From positions 10,428 to 74,427 of the forward strand of contig MFKV01000028.1 in assembly GCA_001781105.1 (NCBI GenBank): a stretch of 64,000 nucleotides of DNA, read 5' to 3'. A program made the translations under genes and the position numbers. The DNA comes from Candidatus Kaiserbacteria bacterium RIFCSPHIGHO2_01_FULL_54_36. GTDB taxonomy: Bacteria; Patescibacteriota; Minisyncoccia; Phycocordibacterales; UBA2100. The notes under the pieces are model-generated. The model saw nothing but the letters and a program-made list of their open reading frames with translations. It made no database searches and had not been told where the DNA came from. Positions 10,078-18,708 of this stretch are shown piece after piece. Position 1 is the first letter of the stretch; each line of letters begins with the position of its first letter.

Positions 10078-10407
10078 TTATGTAATGATGGCTTTTACGT
10101 CGCTCTCGTGAATAAGATGAAGCTTTTGCTCATCGATCTCTATCTCACTCTCCCAGCCCGGATTGAAGTACACTTTCTGTCCGGGCTTTACTTGCATCGG
10201 AAGCACCTTCCCGTCGTCGTTCATTCGTCCCGGGCCGACGGCAAGTACTATTCCGCGCGTCGGCTTCTCTTGTTTTGCAGCGTCAGGGATATAGATGCCG
10301 CCAGCTGTTTTTTTCATCGCCTCTTCCGGTTTGACGAGCACGCGATCGCCGAGAAGCCGCATTTTAATATTTGGTTCTTTGGTATCTTTTTTGGTTTCCT
10401 TTTTCAT
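10078..10407 (-). CDS. groS: Co-chaperonin GroES
   Basis: LGDRVLV, TAGGIYIP, VLAVGPG; directly upstream of groEL. Confidence 0.97.
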   Translation of the reverse strand: MKKETKKDTKEPNIKMRLLGDRVLVKPEEAMKKTAGGIYIPDAAKQEKPTRGIVLAVGPGRMNDDGKVLPMQVKPGQKVYFNPGWESEIEIDEQKLHLIHESDVKAIIT

Positions 10408-10563
10408 ATTTTTTCCTTGCTTAATTAGAATAAATGGGCTCGAAGAGAAGCAGAGCGAGGGCTCACTATAGTCAAATGGCTCCGAAGGGGCAACTTGACA
10501 GCTCTAATATGAGTGATACAATGAATTTGATTGTTTCCTCGCGCCGTGATAGTCTCTACCTCA

Positions 10564-10797
10564 ATGGTTTTGCTCCAGCAGATGCTGCCCTACGTGCAGA
10601 TCGGCCTTTCGGTCCTTCTCATTGTTGCGGTCCTTTTGCAGCGCACGGGTGCCTCGCTGGGGGGAGCTTTTGGAGCCGACAATTTCTCGTCCGGTTTCCA
10701 TACCCGCCGCGGATTGGAGCGTACGCTCTTCCACGCGACGATCCTTCTTGGTATACTGTTTGCACTATCGGCACTGGTTAGTCTTCTTATTAGTTAA
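10564..10797 (+). CDS. secG: Preprotein translocase subunit SecG
   Basis: VLLQ...GASLGGAFG...RRGLE between two TM helices. Confidence 0.92.
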   Translation: MVLLQQMLPYVQIGLSVLLIVAVLLQRTGASLGGAFGADNFSSGFHTRRGLERTLFHATILLGILFALSALVSLLIS

Positions 10798-10863
10798 CAG
10801 CAGCGCACACCACAGGAATAGCTACGGCTATTCCTCGGCAGCCCGCGCGCGGCTAAAGCCGCT

Positions 10864-12735
10864 ATGGATCCCGATTACGACTCCAACTCCCGTACAGCTC
10901 AAAATCTGAAAGTGACGCTTACCAAAGAGCGCACGGTCGGCCACTTCTCTTCTTTAGGAGACGTGCTTCGTACATTCAGCCCCGGCGAGCGCCTTATTCT
11001 CTATGCGTTCACTATTCTTTTGGGTATCTCAGCGCTTGCGCTGCTCGCGGGCTTGAATTCGGCTGTCTCGGTCACGGTACCTACCCAAGGCGGCACGCTT
11101 GTCGAAGGCGAGGTAGGCCCTGCGCGATTTATCAACCCTATTCTTATGCTTTCGCAGCCTGACGAGGACCTGTCAATGCTTGTCTACTCGGGTCTCACTC
11201 GAGTCTTACCAGAGCCGAGCCCGTCTGGCGCGCAGAGCTCTGTGGTACCGGATCTTGCGAGCCACTATGAGGTTTCTGAAGACGGGACGACGTATACCTT
11301 TACGCTCCGGGAAGATGCAACATTCCACGATGGTTCCCCGGTTACTGCCGACGACGTTATTTTCACGGTGGAAGCAGCACAAGATCCCGCTATCAAGAGC
11401 CCGCGGCGTGCTGATTGGGAAGGCGTCCAAGTGTCGGCGACGGACGAGCATACGGTCGTATTCAAGCTAGCACATGCGTATGCGCCGTTCATCGAGAATA
11501 CGACGCTCGGCATTTTGCCCAAGCACATTTGGGGAAACGTGCCGGCGGAAGAATTCCCTTTTAGCCCTGCCAATACGCACCCAATAGGTAGCGGCCCGTA
11601 TCGAGTGCTAAGTTCTGCCACGGATGCAACCGGCTCTGCTACACGCTACGATCTTGTACCTTTCAGAAACTACACGCTCGGAGAAGCATATGTGAAGCGC
11701 ATTACGTTTGTCTTTTATCCTAACCAAGAGGCAATGCTCGAAGCATTTAACGCGCGAAAGATCGATGCGATCGCTGGCGTAACGCCCGCAGATCTTTCCA
11801 AGCTCGAGCGCACTGATTTTAATTATGTCCATGTGCCGCTGCCGAGAGTGTTCGGAGTCTTTTTTAATCAGAGCCATGCCCCAGTCCTTGCCGATACGGC
11901 AGTCCGAGTGGCGCTGGATCAGGCGCTCGACAAAGAAGAGATCGTGCGCACTGTCCTCAACGGGTACGGCAGGACGCTTGATGGGCCAATACCTCCCGGC
12001 TCAACGGGCGACATGCGCCCCGCTAGCGCGGCGACGTTTACGAAGCCAGAATCTGCGACGAGCTCTGCTGATTCAGCTTCCAACCTTGCAGACACTGCTC
12101 GCGCGACGCTGAAGCGAGCTGGTTGGACATTCCTGCCTGCCGCGACGAGCACGGCGCAAGCAGGCGACGAAGCGACGGGCGTGTGGAAAAAGAAAAATGT
12201 TGAATTAGCGTTCTCACTCGCGACAGCAGGCGAGCCCGAGCTTTTGGCAACGGCAAATAAAGTCGCAGCGTATTGGCGCGCCGCTGGGATCAAGGTAGAG
12301 GTGCAGGTATATTCCCTTTCTGAGCTCAACACGACTGTTTTGCGGCCGCGCGCCTATGACGCGATCCTCTTTGGAGAAGTCGTGGGGCGAACCGCCGATC
12401 TGTTTGCGTTCTGGCACTCAAGCCAGCGCAATGATCCCGGGCTCAATCTTGCCCTCTATGCAAATTCCCGTGTTGATTCACTCTTGAGCCAAGCGCGCGC
12501 GACTACGGATTTTAGGCAGCGTGAAAAATTGTACGAGCAATTTTCTGATGCCGTTGCAAACGACACCCCGGCTATATTCTTGTACGCGCCTGAATTTATT
12601 TACCTCGTGCCAAGCTCTGTGCATGGGATCACGCTTGGTTCGCTCACCACTCCCGCTGAGCGATACGTCAACATTAGAAATTGGTATACCGACACAGAAA
12701 AAGTCTGGAATATCTTTACTGAAAAATCAAACTAA
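10864..12735 (+). CDS. Peptide ABC transporter substrate-binding protein (family 5, OppA/DppA-like)
   Basis: VPDLA, YTFTLR, FHDGSPVTADDVIFT, PIGSGPY motifs. Confidence 0.9.
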   Translation: MDPDYDSNSRTAQNLKVTLTKERTVGHFSSLGDVLRTFSPGERLILYAFTILLGISALALLAGLNSAVSVTVPTQGGTLVEGEVGPARFINPILMLSQPDEDLSMLVYSGLTRVLPEPSPSGAQSSVVPDLASHYEVSEDGTTYTFTLREDATFHDGSPVTADDVIFTVEAAQDPAIKSPRRADWEGVQVSATDEHTVVFKLAHAYAPFIENTTLGILPKHIWGNVPAEEFPFSPANTHPIGSGPYRVLSSATDATGSATRYDLVPFRNYTLGEAYVKRITFVFYPNQEAMLEAFNARKIDAIAGVTPADLSKLERTDFNYVHVPLPRVFGVFFNQSHAPVLADTAVRVALDQALDKEEIVRTVLNGYGRTLDGPIPPGSTGDMRPASAATFTKPESATSSADSASNLADTARATLKRAGWTFLPAATSTAQAGDEATGVWKKKNVELAFSLATAGEPELLATANKVAAYWRAAGIKVEVQVYSLSELNTTVLRPRAYDAILFGEVVGRTADLFAFWHSSQRNDPGLNLALYANSRVDSLLSQARATTDFRQREKLYEQFSDAVANDTPAIFLYAPEFIYLVPSSVHGITLGSLTTPAERYVNIRNWYTDTEKVWNIFTEKSN

Positions 12736-12740
12736 CTATG

Positions 12741-12874
12741 CCCGGCAGGACAATTTCGAATTGCCTCGGCATGAACATTCACCAACCTATGACAAGAAAA
12801 ATCACTTCAGCAGTCTTACCAACCTTCCACAGGCTAACCTGCGGCAGGAATTATTCGAAATTGTACTAGCCGGG
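12741..12874 (+). mobile_element. 134-bp start-codon-targeting inverted-repeat element, copy 1
   Basis: CCCGGCAGGACAATTT...AAATTGTACTAGCCGGG flanked both sides by TATG (12737-40, 12875-78); ends identical to copy at 16540-16672. Confidence 0.75.
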
Positions 12875-12875
12875 T

Positions 12876-14747
12876 ATGGGACCACAATCAACACAACGAA
12901 ACCCTTCCCCCCAGCATGGGAGGCCCCGTTCACGGCCCCCAAGTCGCGCTCCGCAAAGAAGTGGCAGAGTGCGGCATTTTGGCCGCTCCAATCACCCCCC
13001 ACGTCGCACACGCTCGCGCGTCGAACACCAGCAGTCAAAAGATCGCAAACAATTCATAGCTCCGATCGCGCCGCCCCCTGCCGATACCATCCGTATTATC
13101 CCCCTGGGTGGCGTCGAAGAAGTCGGGCGCAACATGACCGCCGTTGAGTTCGGCAACGATATTTTTATTCTGGATTGCGGATTTGCGTTCTCCGAAGGAG
13201 ATACGCCGGGAGTGGATTACATCCTACCCAACACGGGATACCTCGAAGAGCGGCGGGATAAAATACGCGGCCTCCTGATCGGCCACGGCCACCTCGACCA
13301 CATCGGCGGCATTCCCTACATCATCGATCGCATCGGCAACCCCACGATCTACACGCGGCGCCTCACCGCCAAGATGATCCAGAAGCGCCAAGAGGAATTC
13401 ACGTCCGCCGTGCCCGTCAACATCCGCGAAGTGGAGAGCGACGAGGTCATCAAGCTCGGCGCCGCAACCATCCGATTCTTCGGCGTCACGCATACGGTGC
13501 CTGATTCAATGGGCATCATTATCGGGACCCCGCATGGCGACGTCGTCTACACGGGCGATATAAAACTCAATCACTTGGACGGTGAACCATCGGATGAGGA
13601 GAAAAAAGAATTCGGCATCTTTAAGGATCGCAACGTACTTGCGCTTCTTATGGACTCGACCAACGTCTGGCAGCCCGGCTTCTCCATCCCCGAATCAGTT
13701 GTCTATAAGACCCTTGATGGGATCATCAAAGAGTCAAAGGGTCGCCTCATCATCGCGATGTTTGCCTCGCACCTCGAGCGACTCATCCGCGTCGTGCACT
13801 TTGCCGAGCAGTACGGCAAGAAGATCGTCATAGACGGACGTTCCATGCGCACCAACATCGAGATCGCGCGAGAGATCGGACTCATCAAGTACAAGGACGA
13901 CACGGTCGTTGCGGTCGAGAATATGGGGCAATATCAACCCGAGAGAATGATAATCCTTGCTACAGGAGCTCAGGGCGACGAATTCGCCTCGCTCGCGCGC
14001 ATCGGCAATAAATCACACAAGCACATCCGCCTACAGCCGACCGACACCGTCGTGCTCTCTTCTTCGGTCATTCCCGGCAACGAGCGCGCGGTCCAGAAGC
14101 TCAAAGACAATCTCTCACGCCAGGGCGCACACATCATTACCTACCACGCCTCCGACGTGCACGCTTCCGGCCACGGCAACCGCGAAGAAGCTGCGTGGAT
14201 CCACTCCCAGATCAAACCGAAATTCTTCATTCCCGTGCACGGATACCACTACATGCTACGCGTGCATGCCGATCTCGCAATCGAAATGGGCGTGAAGCCC
14301 GAGAACATCGCGATACCTGACAACAGCTCTGTCATTGATATTGTGAAAGGAGAGAAAATCATCAAGCATCCTTTCAAAGCACCTGCAGAGTTACGCGTCG
14401 TCGAAGGGCACACCGTAAGTGAGCTTTCCGATGTCTTGATGCGAGATAGAAAAGCACTGGGTCAAGAAGGATTCTGCGTAGTCGTTGCCACAGTAGATCG
14501 CCGCTCCGGCAAGCTGCACAAATCCCCCGACATCATCTCGCGCGGGTTCGTCTATCTGCGAGACAACAAGGAGCTCATGGACCAGACGCGCCTCATCATC
14601 CGCAAGTCAGTGGAAACATCGCTGCGCAATCCTCGCGCTGCTGACCTCGATGTCGCCCGCGAAGACCTCGCCGACGCAGTCTCCCAATTCCTCCTCCAAC
14701 GCACCATGAAGCGCCCGATCGTTATTCCGGTAATTGTTTCAGTGTAG
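12876..14747 (+). CDS. rnj: Ribonuclease J
   Basis: PLGGVEEVGRNM, HGHLDHIG, HASGH, PVHG motifs; Arg/Pro-rich disordered N-terminus. Confidence 0.96.
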   Translation: MGPQSTQRNPSPQHGRPRSRPPSRAPQRSGRVRHFGRSNHPPRRTRSRVEHQQSKDRKQFIAPIAPPPADTIRIIPLGGVEEVGRNMTAVEFGNDIFILDCGFAFSEGDTPGVDYILPNTGYLEERRDKIRGLLIGHGHLDHIGGIPYIIDRIGNPTIYTRRLTAKMIQKRQEEFTSAVPVNIREVESDEVIKLGAATIRFFGVTHTVPDSMGIIIGTPHGDVVYTGDIKLNHLDGEPSDEEKKEFGIFKDRNVLALLMDSTNVWQPGFSIPESVVYKTLDGIIKESKGRLIIAMFASHLERLIRVVHFAEQYGKKIVIDGRSMRTNIEIAREIGLIKYKDDTVVAVENMGQYQPERMIILATGAQGDEFASLARIGNKSHKHIRLQPTDTVVLSSSVIPGNERAVQKLKDNLSRQGAHIITYHASDVHASGHGNREEAAWIHSQIKPKFFIPVHGYHYMLRVHADLAIEMGVKPENIAIPDNSSVIDIVKGEKIIKHPFKAPAELRVVEGHTVSELSDVLMRDRKALGQEGFCVVVATVDRRSGKLHKSPDIISRGFVYLRDNKELMDQTRLIIRKSVETSLRNPRAADLDVAREDLADAVSQFLLQRTMKRPIVIPVIVSV

Positions 14748-14803
14748 CGTTGTCGCACTGAGCGTGATAAGTTTGAAGCCGTTGCAACCCGGAGGACTTC
14801 TCG

Positions 14804-14989
14804 ATGACGTTCCGACATGGAAAAGATTTACCGTTTCCCAGAATGGTCCGTCTAGGTCGCCTCTTAAAGGGCGCGGGACCTGACATGGTGCAAGGTGTCG
14901 CAAAAGAATACCTCAAGGCTGAGCGGGAAATCAGCAAAAAAGTTCGAAAGGCCAACGAGGCCTTTCGCAAGAAGAAGAACTCTAAGTGA
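14804..14989 (+). CDS. Small basic hypothetical protein
   Basis: 61-aa ORF filling the gap between rnj and a terminator; no motif. Confidence 0.45.
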   Translation: MTFRHGKDLPFPRMVRLGRLLKGAGPDMVQGVAKEYLKAEREISKKVRKANEAFRKKKNSK

Positions 14990-15017
14990 GTCACCGTTCG
15001 GTTTCCTTTGAGCAATT

Positions 15018-15048
15018 AAAATGGCAGGCCGGTCGGTTCTGCCATTTT
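15018..15048. terminator. Bidirectional intrinsic terminator-like hairpin
   Basis: AAAATGGCAG-N11-CTGCCATTTT between convergent genes. Confidence 0.6.
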
Positions 15049-15052
15049 GCTT

Positions 15053-15865
15053 TTACGAGATCTGCCACTTCCCTTTTTCTTTCACGATAAGCCCGTCACG
15101 CGCAAGCGAAGCGAGCGCGTTTTGAATGTTTGAACTTTTAAACTTTAAATTCTTCAGGGAAGAAGGTCCGTTGTGCAGCTGACGCAAGATCTCTCCCCGT
15201 ACCTGCCGCAGTGATCCTTCAAACTTCGATTGTTTCGTGTAGTGCGCACTTCGGACATTGTTGCGAATCCCTGAGCGCTTCAGATGCGCGCCATAATCCA
15301 TCAGCGCCCAATGCCATGTGCACGGGTCTTGCCCCTTCGCGGCGCAGTTTGCGAACGGCATGATCTCGCTATCGGGTATGGTCGACCTCGTAGGTCGACC
15401 ATGGAAGAAGTGGTACATAAGCGATGTTCGGATGTTGGTTTCGATAAGAACGTCTGGTTCGTTGAACGCAAAAACTTTCACGGCGGCTTCCGTGTACGGT
15501 CCGACCCCTGGCAATGAATGCTCTAGTGCCTTTCTGAAGTTGCCCTTGAACTTTGAAACGACCACTTTTGCCGCATCGTGCAAGTATTTCCCCCGCCGGT
15601 TGTATCCGAGCCCGCTCCAGACCTTCAAAACGTCCGAGAGTTTTGCCTCCGCGAGCACGTGAACACTCGGGAACGCTTTCAAGAGTTCTTTGTACTTTTC
15701 TTTCACTCGCGACACTTGCGTCTGCTGCAGCATGACTTCCGAAACCAGGATTCGGTATGGGTCTTTAGTCTTTCTCCACGGAAGATCGTGTCTTCCGTGC
15801 TTTTTCCAATAGCTCCAGACAGTTCGCCGGAACGTACTGATGCGACTAGAGTTGGTAGATGACAT
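15053..15865 (-). CDS. mutY: A/G-specific adenine glycosylase, short form lacking the Fe-S motif
   Basis: RHDLPWR, ILVSEVMLQQTQV, WSGLGYNRR, LPGVGPYT, ALMDYGA motifs. Confidence 0.88.
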   Translation of the reverse strand: MSSTNSSRISTFRRTVWSYWKKHGRHDLPWRKTKDPYRILVSEVMLQQTQVSRVKEKYKELLKAFPSVHVLAEAKLSDVLKVWSGLGYNRRGKYLHDAAKVVVSKFKGNFRKALEHSLPGVGPYTEAAVKVFAFNEPDVLIETNIRTSLMYHFFHGRPTRSTIPDSEIMPFANCAAKGQDPCTWHWALMDYGAHLKRSGIRNNVRSAHYTKQSKFEGSLRQVRGEILRQLHNGPSSLKNLKFKSSNIQNALASLARDGLIVKEKGKWQIS

Positions 15866-16538
15866 CTTTACGTTCGACGACTACATTCCAGTCGAGGCGT
15901 TTCGCGTACCGATACAGCTTCGCGTTGGGATTAAAGCAGATCGGCTTTGCGACCATTTCAAGAAATGGAATGTCGCTCTCGGTATCCCCGACCCCTATCG
16001 AGTGCTGGAGTGTGAGATTTTCTTTCTCGACAGCGCGACGTACGATCGCAGACTTGTTGAGTATCAAATGCTCCTCGGTGACGTTCCCGGTAAAACACTC
16101 TTGCGGGCCTATTTCATAAATCATTCCATACGTTTTGTTGAATCCAAGGCGCGGACAGAATTTGTCGAGAACCGTTTTCGGCGAGTGCGACACGGCAAGC
16201 AGGAAGTAGCCCCGCTTTTTGAGATCCTTGATCAGATCTCGCGTGTAGCGGTATACCCGCTTCCACTGCTCTTCGACCACTTCTTCCGCAGCATCAGCAA
16301 GTTCCGAATAGTGCACGCCCTTGAGATGGCCTACGAATGCTTCGACGACCGCGCCGATGTACTCCTCATAATCCCCTTCGCGATTGAGCCAGCGCTCGTA
16401 TTCCCGCTCGTAAACTCTTTTTGTGGAAGGAGGAAAGGCTTTCTTTTCGATGAGCCGATCAACGACTTGAATCAAAAGGCTCGAGCGGAAGATCGTGCCG
16501 TCCACATCGAATATTGCTACCTTTCGCTTCTCACTCAT
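15846..16538 (-). CDS. HAD-IB family phosphatase (SerB-like)
   Basis: FDVDGT motif I and GDTESD motif IV. Confidence 0.88.
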   Translation of the reverse strand: MSEKRKVAIFDVDGTIFRSSLLIQVVDRLIEKKAFPPSTKRVYEREYERWLNREGDYEEYIGAVVEAFVGHLKGVHYSELADAAEEVVEEQWKRVYRYTRDLIKDLKKRGYFLLAVSHSPKTVLDKFCPRLGFNKTYGMIYEIGPQECFTGNVTEEHLILNKSAIVRRAVEKENLTLQHSIGVGDTESDIPFLEMVAKPICFNPNAKLYRYAKRLDWNVVVERKDVIYQL

Positions 16539-16539
16539 A

Positions 16540-16672
16540 CCCGGCTAGTACAATTTGGCATTGTTTCTGCCGCTGTTATCTTACCCTTAAACAACATACA
16601 TTGCTTACACATGATATATCGACTCTCGTGAGTATGGCCGCAACCAAGGCGATGCCAAATTGTCCTGCCGGG
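16540..16672 (-). mobile_element. 133-bp start-codon-targeting inverted-repeat element, copy 2
   Basis: Minus strand TATG-CCCGGCAGGACAATTT...AAATTGTACTAGCCGGG-TATG; the second ATG is the HAD gene start. Confidence 0.75.
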
Positions 16673-16742
16673 CATACGCCAATACTACTGCGCGCCGCTC
16701 ACAATGGCGAGGGTGCCAGTAATCTAGTATTCTGGGCGTACA

Positions 16743-18005
16743 ATGATCCGCAAGATAAAGAACGCCCTGTATTTCACCGTCGCGAGTTATTTCAGATTCT
16801 TTGCACGAATTCGCCTCCGGTACTGGAAACCGCGAGTAGTCCTTGTCACTGGGTCCAATGGAAAAACGGTCTGCCTGCATCTGTGCGCCGTACAATTTGG
16901 GCCGGCCGCGAAATACTCATTCAATGCAAATAGTGCGTTCGGGATACCGTTCGATATTCTTGGGCTGAAGCGCTCGAGCTTTTCACTGTCGGAATGGCCT
17001 ACCTTATTCCTTCTGGCCCCATTCTATGCCTTTACAGGTCCACATCCTGAAAAAATCTACTTTGTGGAAGTCGACGGAGACCGCCCAGGCGCTGGCGATT
17101 TTTTCGGATCATTTTTGAAGCCCGAGGTATGCGTATTGCTTAGCTCCGCACGAACGCATAGCATGCTCTTTGAAGGCACTGTCGGCCCTGGGAAATTCCA
17201 GAATGCCGACGAGGCGATCGCTTATGGGTTTGGGCGCTTCCTCGCACATACATCCAAGCTCGCGATCATAAACGCTGATAATCCGCGTATCGTCGAAAAC
17301 GCGAAGCAAACGACAGCGGACACATACGAGATCAGCGAACGAGCATTACTAGACGCGTATGCGGTCAGTACGTCCGGCACGGAGTTCACTATTGCCGAGC
17401 GTACGTACCTTGTGCCGTATATGCTCCCCAAAGAAACGTTCTACGCGATCGCGTCCTTGATCAGGCTCGCAGAGTATTTTGGTGTTGAGCCACTGAGCGA
17501 CTTCACCGATCTCGTGCTCCCGCCGGGCAGGAGTTCTGTATTTCGAGGCATCAAGAAAACGACGATCATAGACAGCAGCTACAACGCAAACACCGATTCG
17601 GTCGTAGCAATAGTCCGCATGGCAGAGGCGCTGCCCGGAGAAAAGTGGCTCATTCTGGGGGATCTGATAGAACAAGGTGTACTCGAGCAAGAAGAGCACG
17701 AGCGCCTTGGGCATATACTTGCGTTGTGTAATCTCAAACGAACGATATTGGTGGGTCCCCGCATGCGGGCTTTCGTGATGCCAATCCTCGAGAAAAGCGG
17801 CAAACTTGTGGAGTCGTTCATCGGTCCGAGAGATGCGCTCGACTATCTAGGATCAGCTATACAAGGAGGCGAAACATTGGTATTTAAAGGTGCACGATTT
17901 TTGGAAGGTATCATTGAACATCTCCTTGCTGATAACGCAGATATCGCAAAACTGTGTCGCCGCGAGAAGGTATGGCAGCAGCGCAGGGCGAAATGGGGAC
18001 TCTAA
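16743..18005 (+). CDS. Mur ligase family protein (MurF-like)
   Basis: VTGSNGKT P-loop, IIDSSYNAN, ILGDLIEQG, LVFKGA motifs. Confidence 0.85.
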   Translation: MIRKIKNALYFTVASYFRFFARIRLRYWKPRVVLVTGSNGKTVCLHLCAVQFGPAAKYSFNANSAFGIPFDILGLKRSSFSLSEWPTLFLLAPFYAFTGPHPEKIYFVEVDGDRPGAGDFFGSFLKPEVCVLLSSARTHSMLFEGTVGPGKFQNADEAIAYGFGRFLAHTSKLAIINADNPRIVENAKQTTADTYEISERALLDAYAVSTSGTEFTIAERTYLVPYMLPKETFYAIASLIRLAEYFGVEPLSDFTDLVLPPGRSSVFRGIKKTTIIDSSYNANTDSVVAIVRMAEALPGEKWLILGDLIEQGVLEQEEHERLGHILALCNLKRTILVGPRMRAFVMPILEKSGKLVESFIGPRDALDYLGSAIQGGETLVFKGARFLEGIIEHLLADNADIAKLCRREKVWQQRRAKWGL

Positions 18006-18009
18006 CACC

Positions 18010-18708
18010 ATGAACAGACACAAACTTTTTATTCTTCACGGATGGACGTATTACGCGGCTGAGACGTGGAAGCCGCTGCTGGAGATACTTTCCGCACGAG
18101 GCATTGACTATGAATTCCTACGCATCCCCGGCCTCACCGATGGTACCAATCCTGTGTGGACGCTGGACGATTATGTGCGTTGGCTGGAGGAAAGGACCGT
18201 ACCGTTCGATAAGGTCATTCTCTATGGCCACTCCAACGGCGGTCGCATTTCCCTGGCATTTACGGCAAAGCATCCCGAAAAAGTATCGTGCCTCATTCTC
18301 GAGGATAGTGCGGGTATTCCTCCAGTAGGATTGCGGAAGTGGAAGCGCGATATCTTCAAAAAAATAGCCAATATTGGACAGATGTTCGTTCGTTCAGAGC
18401 GTTTCCGAGACCTATTTTACAAGATCATTCGTGAAAGTGATTACCGAAAGGCTACACCCGAGATGCGGAAGACTATGGCAAATCTGCTTTCGGTAGATCT
18501 CTCGCTCGTTTTGGGTCAAATCGTATGTCCGACACTCATCATTTGGGGTGCGAATGATGCCACGACGCCGATCTCCGGCGGCAAGGTGATGCATGCGGGT
18601 ATCCGGAACTCGCGAATGGTCGTCATCCCCGACGCTCGGCACGCGCCGCATATTACCCATACAAAAAAAGTCGCTGATCTCATCTCGGAAGAGTTGAAAC
18701 GAACATGA
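18010..18708 (+). CDS. Alpha/beta hydrolase
   Basis: ILHGW, GHSNGG nucleophile elbow, WGAND, RHAPH. Confidence 0.88.
   Translation: MNRHKLFILHGWTYYAAETWKPLLEILSARGIDYEFLRIPGLTDGTNPVWTLDDYVRWLEERTVPFDKVILYGHSNGGRISLAFTAKHPEKVSCLILEDSAGIPPVGLRKWKRDIFKKIANIGQMFVRSERFRDLFYKIIRESDYRKATPEMRKTMANLLSVDLSLVLGQIVCPTLIIWGANDATTPISGGKVMHAGIRNSRMVVIPDARHAPHITHTKKVADLISEELKRT

Noticed and set aside
11211-11240. Extra EPSPSGAQS segment in the OppA-like protein as a repeat insertion
   Set aside because: No clear palindrome or second copy; may be ordinary loop variation.
12741-16672. CRISPR array or integron attC interpretation of the conserved-end/variable-core elements
   Set aside because: Copies are dispersed and inverted-repeat bounded, not tandem; no cas or intI gene; no RYYYAAC/GTTRRRY ends.
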